Shown here: piece after piece, positions 28,393 to 37,559 of the stretch
Numbering within the stretch: the first letter of the stretch is position 1
Layout of the letters: the number at the start of each line of letters is the position of its first letter
Virus record (IMG/VR): IMGVR_UViG_3300033405_000004
Coordinates: 64,001 to 128,000 of that record
Length of the DNA stretch: 64,000 nucleotides
DNA from: a virus
Reading direction: 5' to 3' (one strand)
Made by a program: the position numbers and the translations under genes
The notes under the pieces: generated by a model
The model's input: the letters and a program-made list of their open reading frames with translations, nothing else
Database searches by the model: none
What the model was told of the DNA's origin: nothing

Positions 28393-28517
28393 GTACTAAG
28401 TGGCGGTGATGTTTACGCCAACCGGGCGCGCCTATGAAGTTGTTAGCAAAACCATTGAGCGCTAATGGAAAAGCGTTAACGCCCGGCCCGGCCCCGCAAG
28501 GCTCAACCCTCTGCGCC

Positions 28518-28826
28518 TCAAACTTTTGGCTCGCCGGGAACCTCGGCCGGCTTCACGGGCTTCGCGATGACGACCTCGGAGTGGTAGAAGTTGAACGCGT
28601 CGTTGATCGCCTGGTTGACCTTGTCCATGTCGACGGCGCCCCTCTTCCTGAACCATTCCAGGGCCTCGACGTGCTCTAGCTCCTCGGTCTTCCCATCCTC
28701 GTATTCGAGCGTGACCCAGGGCAGGCCGAACTCGTGTGTGATGATGACGCGCAGGGAGCCCGGCGGGGGCGGGGCCGACTTCTTGGGTTCTGGCAGGGGC
28801 GGCCTGCCGGGCTCGATGACGATCAT
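28518..28826 (-). CDS. hypothetical protein
   Basis: MIVIEPG... start overlaps the upstream stop. Confidence 0.65.
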   Translation of the reverse strand: MIVIEPGRPPLPEPKKSAPPPPGSLRVIITHEFGLPWVTLEYEDGKTEELEHVEALEWFRKRGAVDMDKVNQAINDAFNFYHSEVVIAKPVKPAEVPGEPKV

Positions 28827-29530
28827 GAGATGCCGCCCGGCCGGTGGAACTTGGTGTTCTCTGGCGCGGGCGGGGGCAGCCCGGCCGCCATGAGGCTCGC
28901 GCCGACGGGCGCGTCGGCGGCGGTCTCCACGAGATCCGCCACGGGCGACGGCGGCGTGATGATGGCCGGCACGCCGGTGGGGGCGTTCACGCCCATCTCC
29001 TCCAAAATCTGCGCCGTGCTGGGCCTGCCGTCCTCCGCCACGGCGGCGGACGCCGCGGAGGCGGGCCGCGGCGGCACGTTGTCCTGGCGGGGCACGGACG
29101 GGACCACCGGCGGTTGAGCCGGCGACGGCGGGACTCCGGGCGCAGCCCCCGGCGTGGGCTTCCCGCCCTTCAGCTCGGTGACCTGCGCCTGCAAGTCGGC
29201 CATCTGCTGCATCAGGACGGTCGCCCAGGGCGGCGCGTCGACGACCGGCTCCGGCCCGGCGGCGGGGAGCGGCACCGGGGGCGGCTTGTCCACGCTGGGC
29301 GCCGGGGCGCCGTCGTCCGCCTCCTCCTCGCCGATCAGGGCCTCCACGGCCCGGCGGCGCCGTTTCGGATCGAGGCGGCGCGGGACCCGGATGAGCGGGC
29401 GGCGCGGCATCGGCTTGGGGGCGAGGCCCGGCGCCGGGCCCTCGGTGGTGCCCATGGAGGCGCACCCGGTGAACTCGCTGAGCTCCTCCCCGTCGAGCAG
29501 TCTGCGGCTTGGTGACGACGATGATGGCAT
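28823..29530 (-). CDS. Pro/Ala-rich protein
   Basis: TAATTAA-N3-ATG upstream. Confidence 0.6.
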   Translation of the reverse strand: MPSSSSPSRRLLDGEELSEFTGCASMGTTEGPAPGLAPKPMPRRPLIRVPRRLDPKRRRRAVEALIGEEEADDGAPAPSVDKPPPVPLPAAGPEPVVDAPPWATVLMQQMADLQAQVTELKGGKPTPGAAPGVPPSPAQPPVVPSVPRQDNVPPRPASAASAAVAEDGRPSTAQILEEMGVNAPTGVPAIITPPSPVADLVETAADAPVGASLMAAGLPPPAPENTKFHRPGGIS

Positions 29531-29559
29531 GCCTTAATTACGATTCAGTTCTAAAGAAC

Positions 29560-30513
29560 ATGCCCAAGGAGACCGGGACCGCGAATAATCCTGTAAACAT
29601 CGCCGCGGGAACGACGGCGATCGCCATCCTCACCTACCGCCGGGCGCAGGCCCTGCGGACGTTCATGACCAGCCTGCGGGAGCACTGCCCCGGCTACCCC
29701 GTCGCCGTCTTCGAGGACATGGGCAACGTCGACGACACCAGGCGCTGGCTCACCCAGTCCGCCGCGTTCAAGGAGCACGACGCCGAGCTGGAGGCCGACC
29801 GCTGGGAGGCCTTCGACTACACGGCCTTCCTCGGCACCCGCAACGTCGGGGTCAGCGGCAACAGCAACCGGGCGATCCGCTGGTTCCTGCGCGACATGCC
29901 CGGGTTCGACCACCTGTGCCTCTGCAACGACGACCTGGAGGCCAAGGGCGACTGGCCCGCGGTCTACGCCGACGCCCACCGGTTCTTCCCCGCCCTGGGC
30001 CTGTTCTGCTTCAGCGACTGGTTCGACGACGAGAGCAAGTTCGTCCCCATCCGCGAGCGCGGCCGGGTGCTCCGCTTCCTCCCCGTCCGCAAGGGCGCCA
30101 TGATGTCCATTACCCGAAAGCTGCTCGACCGGATCGGCTACTTCGACGCCGAGACCTTCGGCAAGTTCGGCGACGAGCACAACGACTTCACCAACCGCGC
30201 CGCCCAGGCCGGGTTCATGACCGTCCGCGGCCAGCCCCAGCACTGCCTGGACGTCCCCTGCGACCTGCTGGCCCACCAGGAGGCGCAGCCCTCGATCAGC
30301 CCCATCGAGAAGCCGGCCCTGGACCGCGAGTCCGCGTCCGCGCTGAGCATCGCCTCGGGGCGCTACCCGTTCACCGAGCCGTGTCGCCCGTTCACGCTGG
30401 GCGGCTACAGCCGCATGGCCGGGGCCTACGCCGGAGCCGGCATCCACATGTACAGCCTCCGGCGCATGAACTACGACGCGGTCGTCCACGGCTGGGTGCC
30501 CGACCTGTTCTAG
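29560..30513 (+). CDS. glycosyltransferase family 2-like
   Basis: AILTYRR, N.GV.GN.N, LCNDD, IGYFD and FG.EH.DF..R. Confidence 0.85.
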   Translation: MPKETGTANNPVNIAAGTTAIAILTYRRAQALRTFMTSLREHCPGYPVAVFEDMGNVDDTRRWLTQSAAFKEHDAELEADRWEAFDYTAFLGTRNVGVSGNSNRAIRWFLRDMPGFDHLCLCNDDLEAKGDWPAVYADAHRFFPALGLFCFSDWFDDESKFVPIRERGRVLRFLPVRKGAMMSITRKLLDRIGYFDAETFGKFGDEHNDFTNRAAQAGFMTVRGQPQHCLDVPCDLLAHQEAQPSISPIEKPALDRESASALSIASGRYPFTEPCRPFTLGGYSRMAGAYAGAGIHMYSLRRMNYDAVVHGWVPDLF

Positions 30514-30520
30514 TTAGGGC

Positions 30521-30751
30521 ATGAGAACCGCCGACGAGGTGAAGGCCGCCGTGCTGATCCGGTACAACGAGGAGCGCGCGGCGTACGGGGACCCGCCCGT
30601 CGCCATGCTGTCCCGCCAGATCAGCGCCCTGATCGAGGTGCTCTGCACCCCGGAGGGGCAGCCCCTGTTCAAGAGGACCGCCTCGAAGCTCCCGCGGGGC
30701 GTCCAGGCCGCGCTGTCCGAGCAGGATCGGCTCCCGTCGGACCCGCCTTAG
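30521..30751 (+). CDS. hypothetical protein
   Basis: TAGTTAG-N3-ATG upstream. Confidence 0.55.
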   Translation: MRTADEVKAAVLIRYNEERAAYGDPPVAMLSRQISALIEVLCTPEGQPLFKRTASKLPRGVQAALSEQDRLPSDPP

Positions 30752-31271
30752 GCTCCGGCGGCGCCAGCGGATGCCTGTAGCTCTCCCCCATCGCGTTCTC
30801 GTAGACCCCCTGGAGGACCCTGAGCGCCCCGGAGCCGAGGTAGGTCGCCTCCTCGATGTAGGTCAGCCCGAGCATGTTCGTCATCCAGTGGACGACGTCG
30901 TAGAGCTGGCCGAACTGCTTCGGCTTGGCCCGGCGGATCTCCCTGACCACCTCGTACGCCCTGGAGTGGGCCTCGCTCCACGGCCCCCGGGACCGGACGG
31001 TGACCTTGGCCTCCGCCGGCACGGCCTCGTGGTGCCTGATCCAGTCGCGCAGCTGCGGCACCGTCGCCGGCGCCTTGAACTTGATCTCGACCCGTGGCGC
31101 GGCGCCCTTCGAGTCGTAGGCGGCGAAGTAGATCGAGCGGACGCTCCAGCGAGCCACGAGCGCCTCGCAGAACGCGAAGCCCCAGTCGGCGTCGAGGCCC
31201 CTCGCCGCGACGATTGCCAGCATCCAGCGCGGCTCCCTCTTCGGGCCGAGTATCCGCCGCAGCAGGCTCAT
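30669..31271 (-). CDS. hypothetical protein (weak resemblance to lantibiotic dehydratase C-terminal domain)
   Basis: YFAAYD...PRVEIKF and VVHWMTNMLG..EE. Confidence 0.55.
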   Translation of the reverse strand: MSLLRRILGPKREPRWMLAIVAARGLDADWGFAFCEALVARWSVRSIYFAAYDSKGAAPRVEIKFKAPATVPQLRDWIRHHEAVPAEAKVTVRSRGPWSEAHSRAYEVVREIRRAKPKQFGQLYDVVHWMTNMLGLTYIEEATYLGSGALRVLQGVYENAMGESYRHPLAPPEPKAGPTGADPARTARPGRPAGASRRSS

Positions 31272-31519
31272 TTGCCCAGTCTCCAGCCCCAGCTGCGCCC
31301 GTCGCAGTCCCAGCGGGCCAGCCCCTCCTTCTCCAGCCGCTTGAGGATGCGGGTGGCGGCGCCGCCCGCGCCCTGGGAGTGCATCTTATGGTCGGGCCAG
31401 ATGGCGGCGGCCACCCAGTGGGCGGGGAGCAGGCCGCCTGCCGTTCGGAGGCAGGCAAGGGCCCGCTCCTTCGCGACTGCGAGGGGCACCCTGGGCTGTT
31501 TGGAGTACTTGAGCAGCAT
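31268..31519 (-). CDS. small winged-helix-like protein
   Basis: VAAAIWP...ILKRLEKEGL pattern. Confidence 0.55.
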   Translation of the reverse strand: MLLKYSKQPRVPLAVAKERALACLRTAGGLLPAHWVAAAIWPDHKMHSQGAGGAATRILKRLEKEGLARWDCDGRSWGWRLGK

Positions 31520-31732
31520 CTAGGTTGCGCGGAGGGCTTTCGTGAGTTCGTCTGCCACGGCGCCGGTCACTTTCACGGTGTAGCTTGTGTTGGCCGCGAT
31601 CACCGAGCCTGCGTATTGCACGCGGAGCACCGCCTGGCCGGATTGGGCCAGCGGGTCTAGCTGGAGGGCCGCCACGTGGTCGAGGTTCAGCAGGAGGGCG
31701 CTGTCGTCGGTGCAGATGAAGATGGCGGTCAT
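31520..31732 (-). CDS. hypothetical protein
   Basis: LLNLDHV motif; coupled ORF. Confidence 0.55.
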   Translation of the reverse strand: MTAIFICTDDSALLLNLDHVAALQLDPLAQSGQAVLRVQYAGSVIAANTSYTVKVTGAVADELTKALRAT

Positions 31733-31977
31733 TTGTTGCTTTGGCTGACGTTGATCGCGAAGGGCGAGGCCGCGCGGACGAGGCCGCTCAGGATGCCCAC
31801 GACGATGAAGATCCCGACGCAGTTCCAGAACGGTATCGCCTGGTAGCGCTCCGGGACGAAGTAGAAGTAGGTCTTGCCGACGCCGCAGGCGGTCCAGCAG
31901 ATCCAGAAGGGGATCGACAGGGACACGTTGGCGATGAAGGACAGGAGCCAGCCGATGAATGGGAGTTTGTTTATCAT
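31729..31977 (-). CDS. small membrane protein
   Basis: Two hydrophobic segments. Confidence 0.65.
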   Translation of the reverse strand: MINKLPFIGWLLSFIANVSLSIPFWICWTACGVGKTYFYFVPERYQAIPFWNCVGIFIVVGILSGLVRAASPFAINVSQSNK

Positions 31978-31989
31978 GGGGGCGGTCGG

Positions 31990-32436
31990 TCACTTGAGGG
32001 TCTCCTCCACCATGTCGATCCACATCGAGGTGCGGGCGCGCACGGCCGGCTGCGACACGCACAGCTTGTAGAGCGTCTCGAAGCGGTGGGCGAACTCGCC
32101 CGGCAGGCGGTTGCGCTGGAGGTACCACGACTCGAACTCCTTGCCGTGGCTGTTGACCGGCTTGAGTTCGAGCAGCGGCTTGGCGGTGGTCGGCAGGAGG
32201 TCGAGGAGGTAGGTCTTCACCAGCTCGGCCCGCTCGAAGGTCAGCGCCGTCACGTGCTCGATGATCCGGGCGATGTGGTCGGGCTTGATCGTGCGGTACT
32301 TGCCCTGGAGGTAGTTGTTGATCCGCGAGACGGCAATGCCGGTGCTCGCGGCTATCTGGACCTGGTTGATCCGGTTGCGCTGCATCGTGGCTTCGAGGCA
32401 GCCGGGGAACAGCTTGGACGTGTTTCGTTTCATCAT
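31990..32436 (-). CDS. XRE-family HTH transcriptional regulator (repressor-like)
   Basis: NQVQIAASTGIAVSRINNYLQG helix-turn-helix; upstream inverted repeat TTGTTTACA...TGTAAACAA. Confidence 0.8.
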   Translation of the reverse strand: MMKRNTSKLFPGCLEATMQRNRINQVQIAASTGIAVSRINNYLQGKYRTIKPDHIARIIEHVTALTFERAELVKTYLLDLLPTTAKPLLELKPVNSHGKEFESWYLQRNRLPGEFAHRFETLYKLCVSQPAVRARTSMWIDMVEETLK

Positions 32437-32486
32437 TCCAAACTATAGGAACTTGTTTACAAAAAATGTAAACAATAAAATGGGCA

Positions 32487-33173
32487 TCACTTCTTGAGGC
32501 CTTCCACCCCGAAGATCACCGCGTCGCACTCCCGGTCCGAGGAGGCCAGCACCTTCACGAAGTGGAACCGGCTGTAGAGCAGGGAGGGGAGCCTGTCCTC
32601 GAACTTGAGGCCCGCCCAGCCCAGCCACCAGGTCTTCGGGTTGGGCCGCAGCAGGGTCAGGGTGCAGCCGGGCTGCACCAGCTCGGCGGCCTGCGCCACC
32701 TGCTCGGCGGTCAGGTTGCCCTCCCACCACACGGCCACGTCGTCGGGGAAGCCCCCGCGCTCGCCCTGGAAGTTGCCCAGCCGCATCTGGTCCAGCGTGC
32801 CGCCGCGGCGCATGGCCTTCCAGTCCCCGCACACGGCCAGGTAGAAGGCGCTGCCCTCGGCGGGCTCCTCGTGGCAGGCGGGGGCGCCGACGTGGAGCCG
32901 GAACTTGGCCGGGCGCAGCTTCCGCTGCTCCGGGTGGCACAGCCAGAAGGCCTGCATCATCAGCGGGGCAGGGTCGCCGCCCCGAAGCCTGCACGCGACG
33001 GCCTGCTGCAGCAGCGCCGAGACCTCGGCCGGGGTGTCCTCCGCCTCGGCCCGCGCGATGGCCAGCTCCGCCTCCGCCACGGACTGCGGCGCGTTGAGCC
33101 TGGCCAGTCCCCGGTGGACCCGGACGTGGTCGGCCAGTTGCACCAGCAGTCTCGTTTCGAACAGGCTGTTCAT
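32487..33173 (-). CDS. hypothetical protein
   Basis: MNSLFETR... start coupled to the upstream ORF. Confidence 0.65.
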   Translation of the reverse strand: MNSLFETRLLVQLADHVRVHRGLARLNAPQSVAEAELAIARAEAEDTPAEVSALLQQAVACRLRGGDPAPLMMQAFWLCHPEQRKLRPAKFRLHVGAPACHEEPAEGSAFYLAVCGDWKAMRRGGTLDQMRLGNFQGERGGFPDDVAVWWEGNLTAEQVAQAAELVQPGCTLTLLRPNPKTWWLGWAGLKFEDRLPSLLYSRFHFVKVLASSDRECDAVIFGVEGLKK

Positions 33174-33520
33174 GGCCCCGGTGGCGCCCATGCGCCGGGC
33201 GGCGGCGCCGTCCCGGCCGGGGGCGGGCCGAGCTGGTAGGCGTGCACCAGCTGGGCCGCCCTGACCGTCATGGTGTTGATGTCGGCCCGGCACTGCAGGG
33301 TGTAGTAGGCGCAGCGGAAGACCAGCAGGACCAGCCACGCGTTGAAGGCGACGGAGGTGAAGAGGGCCCAGCCCATCGCGGCCGTGGGGTGGCCCGTCAA
33401 CGCGCACCAGACCACCGTCGAGATCGCCGAGGCTATGGCGACGGCGAAGAGCGCGTCGATCACGCGTATGAAGCGGAGCTGGAAGAGCACCCGCGTCGAT
33501 TGGTCGAAGAAGGGTTTCAT
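33170..33520 (-). CDS. two-TM membrane protein
   Basis: GTTCTAAG motif upstream; hydrophobic segments. Confidence 0.7.
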   Translation of the reverse strand: MKPFFDQSTRVLFQLRFIRVIDALFAVAIASAISTVVWCALTGHPTAAMGWALFTSVAFNAWLVLLVFRCAYYTLQCRADINTMTVRAAQLVHAYQLGPPPAGTAPPPGAWAPPGP

Positions 33521-33526
33521 GTTGAC

Positions 33527-34009
33527 TTAGAACTGGTGATGAGGCCAACGCTTGCCTCTGGAGATTCTGCTGACCGCCTGTCGCGTAATGTTATACAAAA
33601 AGCCTACGCTAGCACAGGTCTGGTTGTTGGCTCGGCGTCTCTTTATGTCGCTCACATCTTCGGGGCTCAGATTTGTTTTTCCACTCTTCTCCCCGTAGGG
33701 CATCCTCTTCTTTTGCACTTTATCAGCCACATTATCTGCCTGGGTTCCGGTAAATAAATGATCTGGGTTGAAACAAAGCGGACGGTCACACCGATGTAGC
33801 ACGCACAGAGGCGAATCTAGGTCGAAATTGAAGAAGGCAAAAGCAGCTACACGGTGGATGAGTCTTGTGCGTCCCCAAAGTCTTATTCGTCCATAAGGAG
33901 GCCCGCGATCCTTCACACACCGCCCACCGGTCCAGATCCAACATCCAGTGGCAGGGTCTACCCTACGTTTTGCAAACATCCTTTTGAGGAGTAGTCCCTT
34001 GGTTGTCAT
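33527..34009 (-). mobile_element. HNH homing endonuclease gene
   Basis: CWIWTG, HR, VLHRCD..LCFNPDHL..GT..DN..D; markedly lower GC than flanks. Confidence 0.9.
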
Positions 34010-34286
34010 TTCGCCTCGCTTTCAACCAATCAGATAGGTTTGTTTCTACTGCTCCCAGCACTACTGCTTTAGCGCGGCGTGTTGGAATCAAATCGTAGTG
34101 GGGAAAGCCGGCCTTGTTCTGGAACCAGGCCCGGCGCAACCCTAGAGCTTCAGCAAACGCGTGCAACATAGGCTCATTTCCAGGCTCAACCCAGAGATGG
34201 CACCAGCGGTGCCCGTGGCGGCTCCCGACGGCGAAGGCCTGGGCCTCCGCGCTGGGCTGGGTGAAGAGATGGTCGACCATGATCAC
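33963..34286 (-). CDS. DUF4031 family protein
   Basis: WCHL....LHAFA..LGLRRAWFQ...HYDL...RRA.AV..GA. Confidence 0.85.
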   Translation of the reverse strand: MIMVDHLFTQPSAEAQAFAVGSRHGHRWCHLWVEPGNEPMLHAFAEALGLRRAWFQNKAGFPHYDLIPTRRAKAVVLGAVETNLSDWLKARRNDNQGTTPQKDVCKT

Positions 34287-35824
34287 GGCATGCGGTAGGT
34301 GTAGTCGGCGTGCTCGTTGATGAGCTTGACGGCCTCCTCCGCCGGGGTCGCCGGCGGGAGGTACCAGTTGGCCCGGTGCTCGATCAGGTCGCGCTTCATG
34401 GGTTCGCTCGGCTTGCAGAAGCGCAGCGCCCAGTGGCCGCCCTCCAGCCTGTCCACCCGGCCCAGCCAGAAGCAGTGGCGCACCTTGCCGTCCGGCCTGG
34501 GCACGCGGTGCCGGAAGTAGAGGTCGCCGGAGTAGAGCACGTCGCGGAAGTGGGCGTAGAGGTAGGCCTCGATCTCGTCCTCCCGGCTGGTCTGCGGGAT
34601 CGCCTTGTGGCTGATCTTGGGGGCGGGCTTGGCCGGCTCGGGCGGGACCGCCAGGACGACCTCCTGCGGCGGGGGCGGCTCCGGCGGTGGCGGCTCGGGT
34701 GGCGGCGGCTCCGGCGTGTCGGTGAAGATCGGGACGCGGGTCTGGACGCGGGCCCCCAGCAGCTTCGGGCTGAGCGCCACCTCGCCGAGGCCGTAGTTGG
34801 TGGCCTCCACGGCGCAGCTGTCCCGCACCCCGCAGGAGGCGCAGATGCGGTTCTCGCGCTGGAACAGCACGCCGAAGCAGGTCAGGTTGCCGGAGGCGTC
34901 CTTGGTCGGGACGCGCGCCCCGGCGGCCTCCAGCAGGGCGGCCACCCTCTCGTCCACCAGCTCGGCGTTGGTGCGGGCCGCCAGCGTCAGGAGCCGGCGC
35001 ACCACTACCGGCTCGACCGAGCGGGGGATGTGCAGTTTGAAGGTGCGCTCCAGGGAGGTGATGGCCGCGTGCCTGGGGGAGTCGGAGGGGATCGGGTCGC
35101 TCATGTAGGCCTTGACTTTCTCCTGGAGCTGCCCCTGCACCGCGGTGAACTGCGCGGCGGTGAGGCCCAGCCCCCGGGCGAGATGCTCGGCGGTGATCCG
35201 AAGCTCGACCGCGCTGCGGCGGCGGCCGCGGTGGGAGTCGAGCGTGGCGTAGATGAGCGAGGCCTCATTGGGTTCTACCAGTTGCTTAAAGACCAAGAAC
35301 TCGATGGGCGTGAGGAGGACTTTCATGTCCCCCCGGAGGGAGGGCAGCGGGGAGTGGGTGAGGGCGGGCGGCAGGTGGACGACGGCGTCCGGGTCGTCGA
35401 GGCTGATCTCCGGCTTCGGCCTCGGGTCCCAGCTCATGGCTCCCCGGGCCGGGGGCTTCTGGCCCGTGCGCTTGAAGGTGAACCTGTACTTGTGTACAAG
35501 TCCCTTGATGTGGTTGTTTACGCAGGTCTTGATCCACTTGAACAGCTCGCTCCGGCGCCCGGCGAACCGCGTCAGGATGCCCTTGTTGATGCACTCGCTC
35601 AGCTTGTGGTTGCCTTCCGAGACGAGCTCCTCCTCGTGCAGCTCCATGCAGGAGTTGTCGGTGTATTGGCGGGCGACCGAGGCGATCATGCGGGCGCAGT
35701 CGGCCTGGATCTCCTCGTAGGTGAGGGGCGTGGGCGGGAACAGTTCGCGGCCGAAGTCGCGCTCGGCCTCGTGGATGATGACAAGCAGATGCGACTCGGG
35801 GGCGTCACTCGTCCGGTTGCTCAT
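34283..35824 (-). CDS. sigma-factor-like protein with C-terminal extension
   Basis: Region-2-like IASVARQY...EELVSEG..KL...FKWIKTCVNN; HTH-like HLARGLGLT; Cys cluster. Confidence 0.6.
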   Translation of the reverse strand: MSNRTSDAPESHLLVIIHEAERDFGRELFPPTPLTYEEIQADCARMIASVARQYTDNSCMELHEEELVSEGNHKLSECINKGILTRFAGRRSELFKWIKTCVNNHIKGLVHKYRFTFKRTGQKPPARGAMSWDPRPKPEISLDDPDAVVHLPPALTHSPLPSLRGDMKVLLTPIEFLVFKQLVEPNEASLIYATLDSHRGRRRSAVELRITAEHLARGLGLTAAQFTAVQGQLQEKVKAYMSDPIPSDSPRHAAITSLERTFKLHIPRSVEPVVVRRLLTLAARTNAELVDERVAALLEAAGARVPTKDASGNLTCFGVLFQRENRICASCGVRDSCAVEATNYGLGEVALSPKLLGARVQTRVPIFTDTPEPPPPEPPPPEPPPPQEVVLAVPPEPAKPAPKISHKAIPQTSREDEIEAYLYAHFRDVLYSGDLYFRHRVPRPDGKVRHCFWLGRVDRLEGGHWALRFCKPSEPMKRDLIEHRANWYLPPATPAEEAVKLINEHADYTYRMP

Positions 35825-36815
35825 AAAGGTAGTGCTCGCCCGCCCGGTTCTGGTCCATCTCCCGCATGACCTCCTCGTATATCTCCTGCGCGCTCTTCGG
35901 GGACCGCCCGAACTCCTTCGCCGCCGCCTCCACCGCCGCCACGTCCGCCCCCAGCTTCTCGATGCGCCGCGCCATCAGGTGGTTCTCGTGGAGCCGCGCC
36001 AGCTGCGCCATCGTCGGGATGCGCAGCCGCTGGCCGCCCAGCGTCGCCACCAGCGTCTGGAACTGGCGCCACGAGACGATGTTCAGCAGGTCGGGCAGGT
36101 GCGTGTAGCTGTACTTGTGCCGCAGCAGATCCTCCCGCGTGAAGGGGATGTACGCCCGGTCCAGCATGGCGTCGCGCAGCGCGAACAGGCCCCAGCTGTA
36201 GAAGAAGCGGCCCAGTTCGGGCGACAGGGCGTAGGCGAAGCAGATGGTGCGCACCGCCGCCTCCCGGTCCTGCTCCCGGTCGTCCACGAGGCAGTCGATG
36301 GCCAGCCGCACGGCGGCCGCCTCCTGCGGGTCGCCCCACCGGATCGTGATCTCCTGGAGCCGCCGCTTCGCCTCGCGGGCCGCGTCGTGCTTGTTGGCGG
36401 CGTGGTCCTCCGCGCCGAAGAACTTCTCCAGCGTCTCGCTGGTGGCGTGGAAGCGCCGCCGGTGGCTGTTGGTCTTGTTGACCTCCGACAGGAACGCGTT
36501 CTTCGCGCAGACGCTGAAGTACGAGAAGAGGCTCCGCTTCTTGTCCCACCCGATCAGCCAGCGCACGACCTTCTCCCGCGCCGCCTGCACCAGCGTCTCC
36601 AGGTCGACCGTCTTGGTGAACCCCTCCGACTGCGCCAGCCGCTCAAACATGTTCGTGCAGCCGACGATGATCTCCTCCAGCATCTCCTGGGCCTCGGCAT
36701 GGCGACCGGCCTCGGTGAGCTGCTTCCAGCGCAGGCAGGTCTCGGTCATCTGCCTCGCGTTGAAGATGTGCTGGCCCTCGGGCGCGTCTACGGCTTTGGC
36801 GTCTGGAACGAGCAT
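35805..36815 (-). CDS. phage sigma factor (gp55-like late sigma candidate)
   Basis: ETLVQAA...W..WD...LFSYFSVCAKNAF resembles the gp55-family F.YF....NAF motif. Confidence 0.65.
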   Translation of the reverse strand: MLVPDAKAVDAPEGQHIFNARQMTETCLRWKQLTEAGRHAEAQEMLEEIIVGCTNMFERLAQSEGFTKTVDLETLVQAAREKVVRWLIGWDKKRSLFSYFSVCAKNAFLSEVNKTNSHRRRFHATSETLEKFFGAEDHAANKHDAAREAKRRLQEITIRWGDPQEAAAVRLAIDCLVDDREQDREAAVRTICFAYALSPELGRFFYSWGLFALRDAMLDRAYIPFTREDLLRHKYSYTHLPDLLNIVSWRQFQTLVATLGGQRLRIPTMAQLARLHENHLMARRIEKLGADVAAVEAAAKEFGRSPKSAQEIYEEVMREMDQNRAGEHYLYEQPDE

Positions 36816-36889
36816 GGCTGCCCGGATTGGGGGAGAATCCGGCGAATGGGAGTGAGACGACGGCCCCCACCCCGTCGTTCAAAGATAGA

Positions 36890-37513
36890 CTAGGCGGCCT
36901 TGGGCGTGTTCTTTGGCGCGGGGTTGACTGCGACGCAGGGCTTGTAGGCTTCGACGGCCCGCTTGAGCGTTTGGATGCGCCCGGCCGCGCCCGCTCTCCG
37001 GTCATGCTCGCCAATCGACTTGGCGGCGAGGAGCAGGCTGTAGACCGCGAGGCACGCGTTCTCGCCGAGGATCGCCGGGTCGCTGTCCGCCGTCATCGTC
37101 ACCGACGGCGGTACGGGCGGCGTGCTCTCCGGCGCGATCGCGGCCCGCTCCGCAAAGTAGGCCTTGGCCTCGGCCAGGATTTCGTCGCGCGTGCAGGTGT
37201 TGACGTCGATGTCCTGCGCCTGGAGGCGGGCTGCGATCTCGACCACAGATTCGGGGTACTGCTCGACCCCCTCGTCGCGCCGCTGGACGCCCACCGTTTT
37301 TGCGCCGAGCAGGTTGCTGAAGGCCGGCTCGCGGGTCAGGGTCACGTAGATCCGGTTGCAGCGGGCCGCTGACGGCAGCGGGGCCTTGGGCGCGGGGGCC
37401 TTGGGAGCCGGGGCCGCGGCGGCGGGAGCGGCGGGGGCGGGTTTCGCGGGCGCTTTCGGTGCGGTGGGCTTGGCCTGGGTGGCGGCGGGGGCGGCTGTTT
37501 CTGCGGTGGGCAT
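36890..37513 (-). CDS. Ala/Pro-rich hypothetical protein
   Basis: AAGGAG RBS; ORF fills the gap. Confidence 0.7.
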   Translation of the reverse strand: MPTAETAAPAATQAKPTAPKAPAKPAPAAPAAAAPAPKAPAPKAPLPSAARCNRIYVTLTREPAFSNLLGAKTVGVQRRDEGVEQYPESVVEIAARLQAQDIDVNTCTRDEILAEAKAYFAERAAIAPESTPPVPPSVTMTADSDPAILGENACLAVYSLLLAAKSIGEHDRRAGAAGRIQTLKRAVEAYKPCVAVNPAPKNTPKAA

Positions 37514-37559
37514 GGCGTGCTCTCCTTTTCGTTGGATGGTTCTAAGTTTGTTGCAAGAT

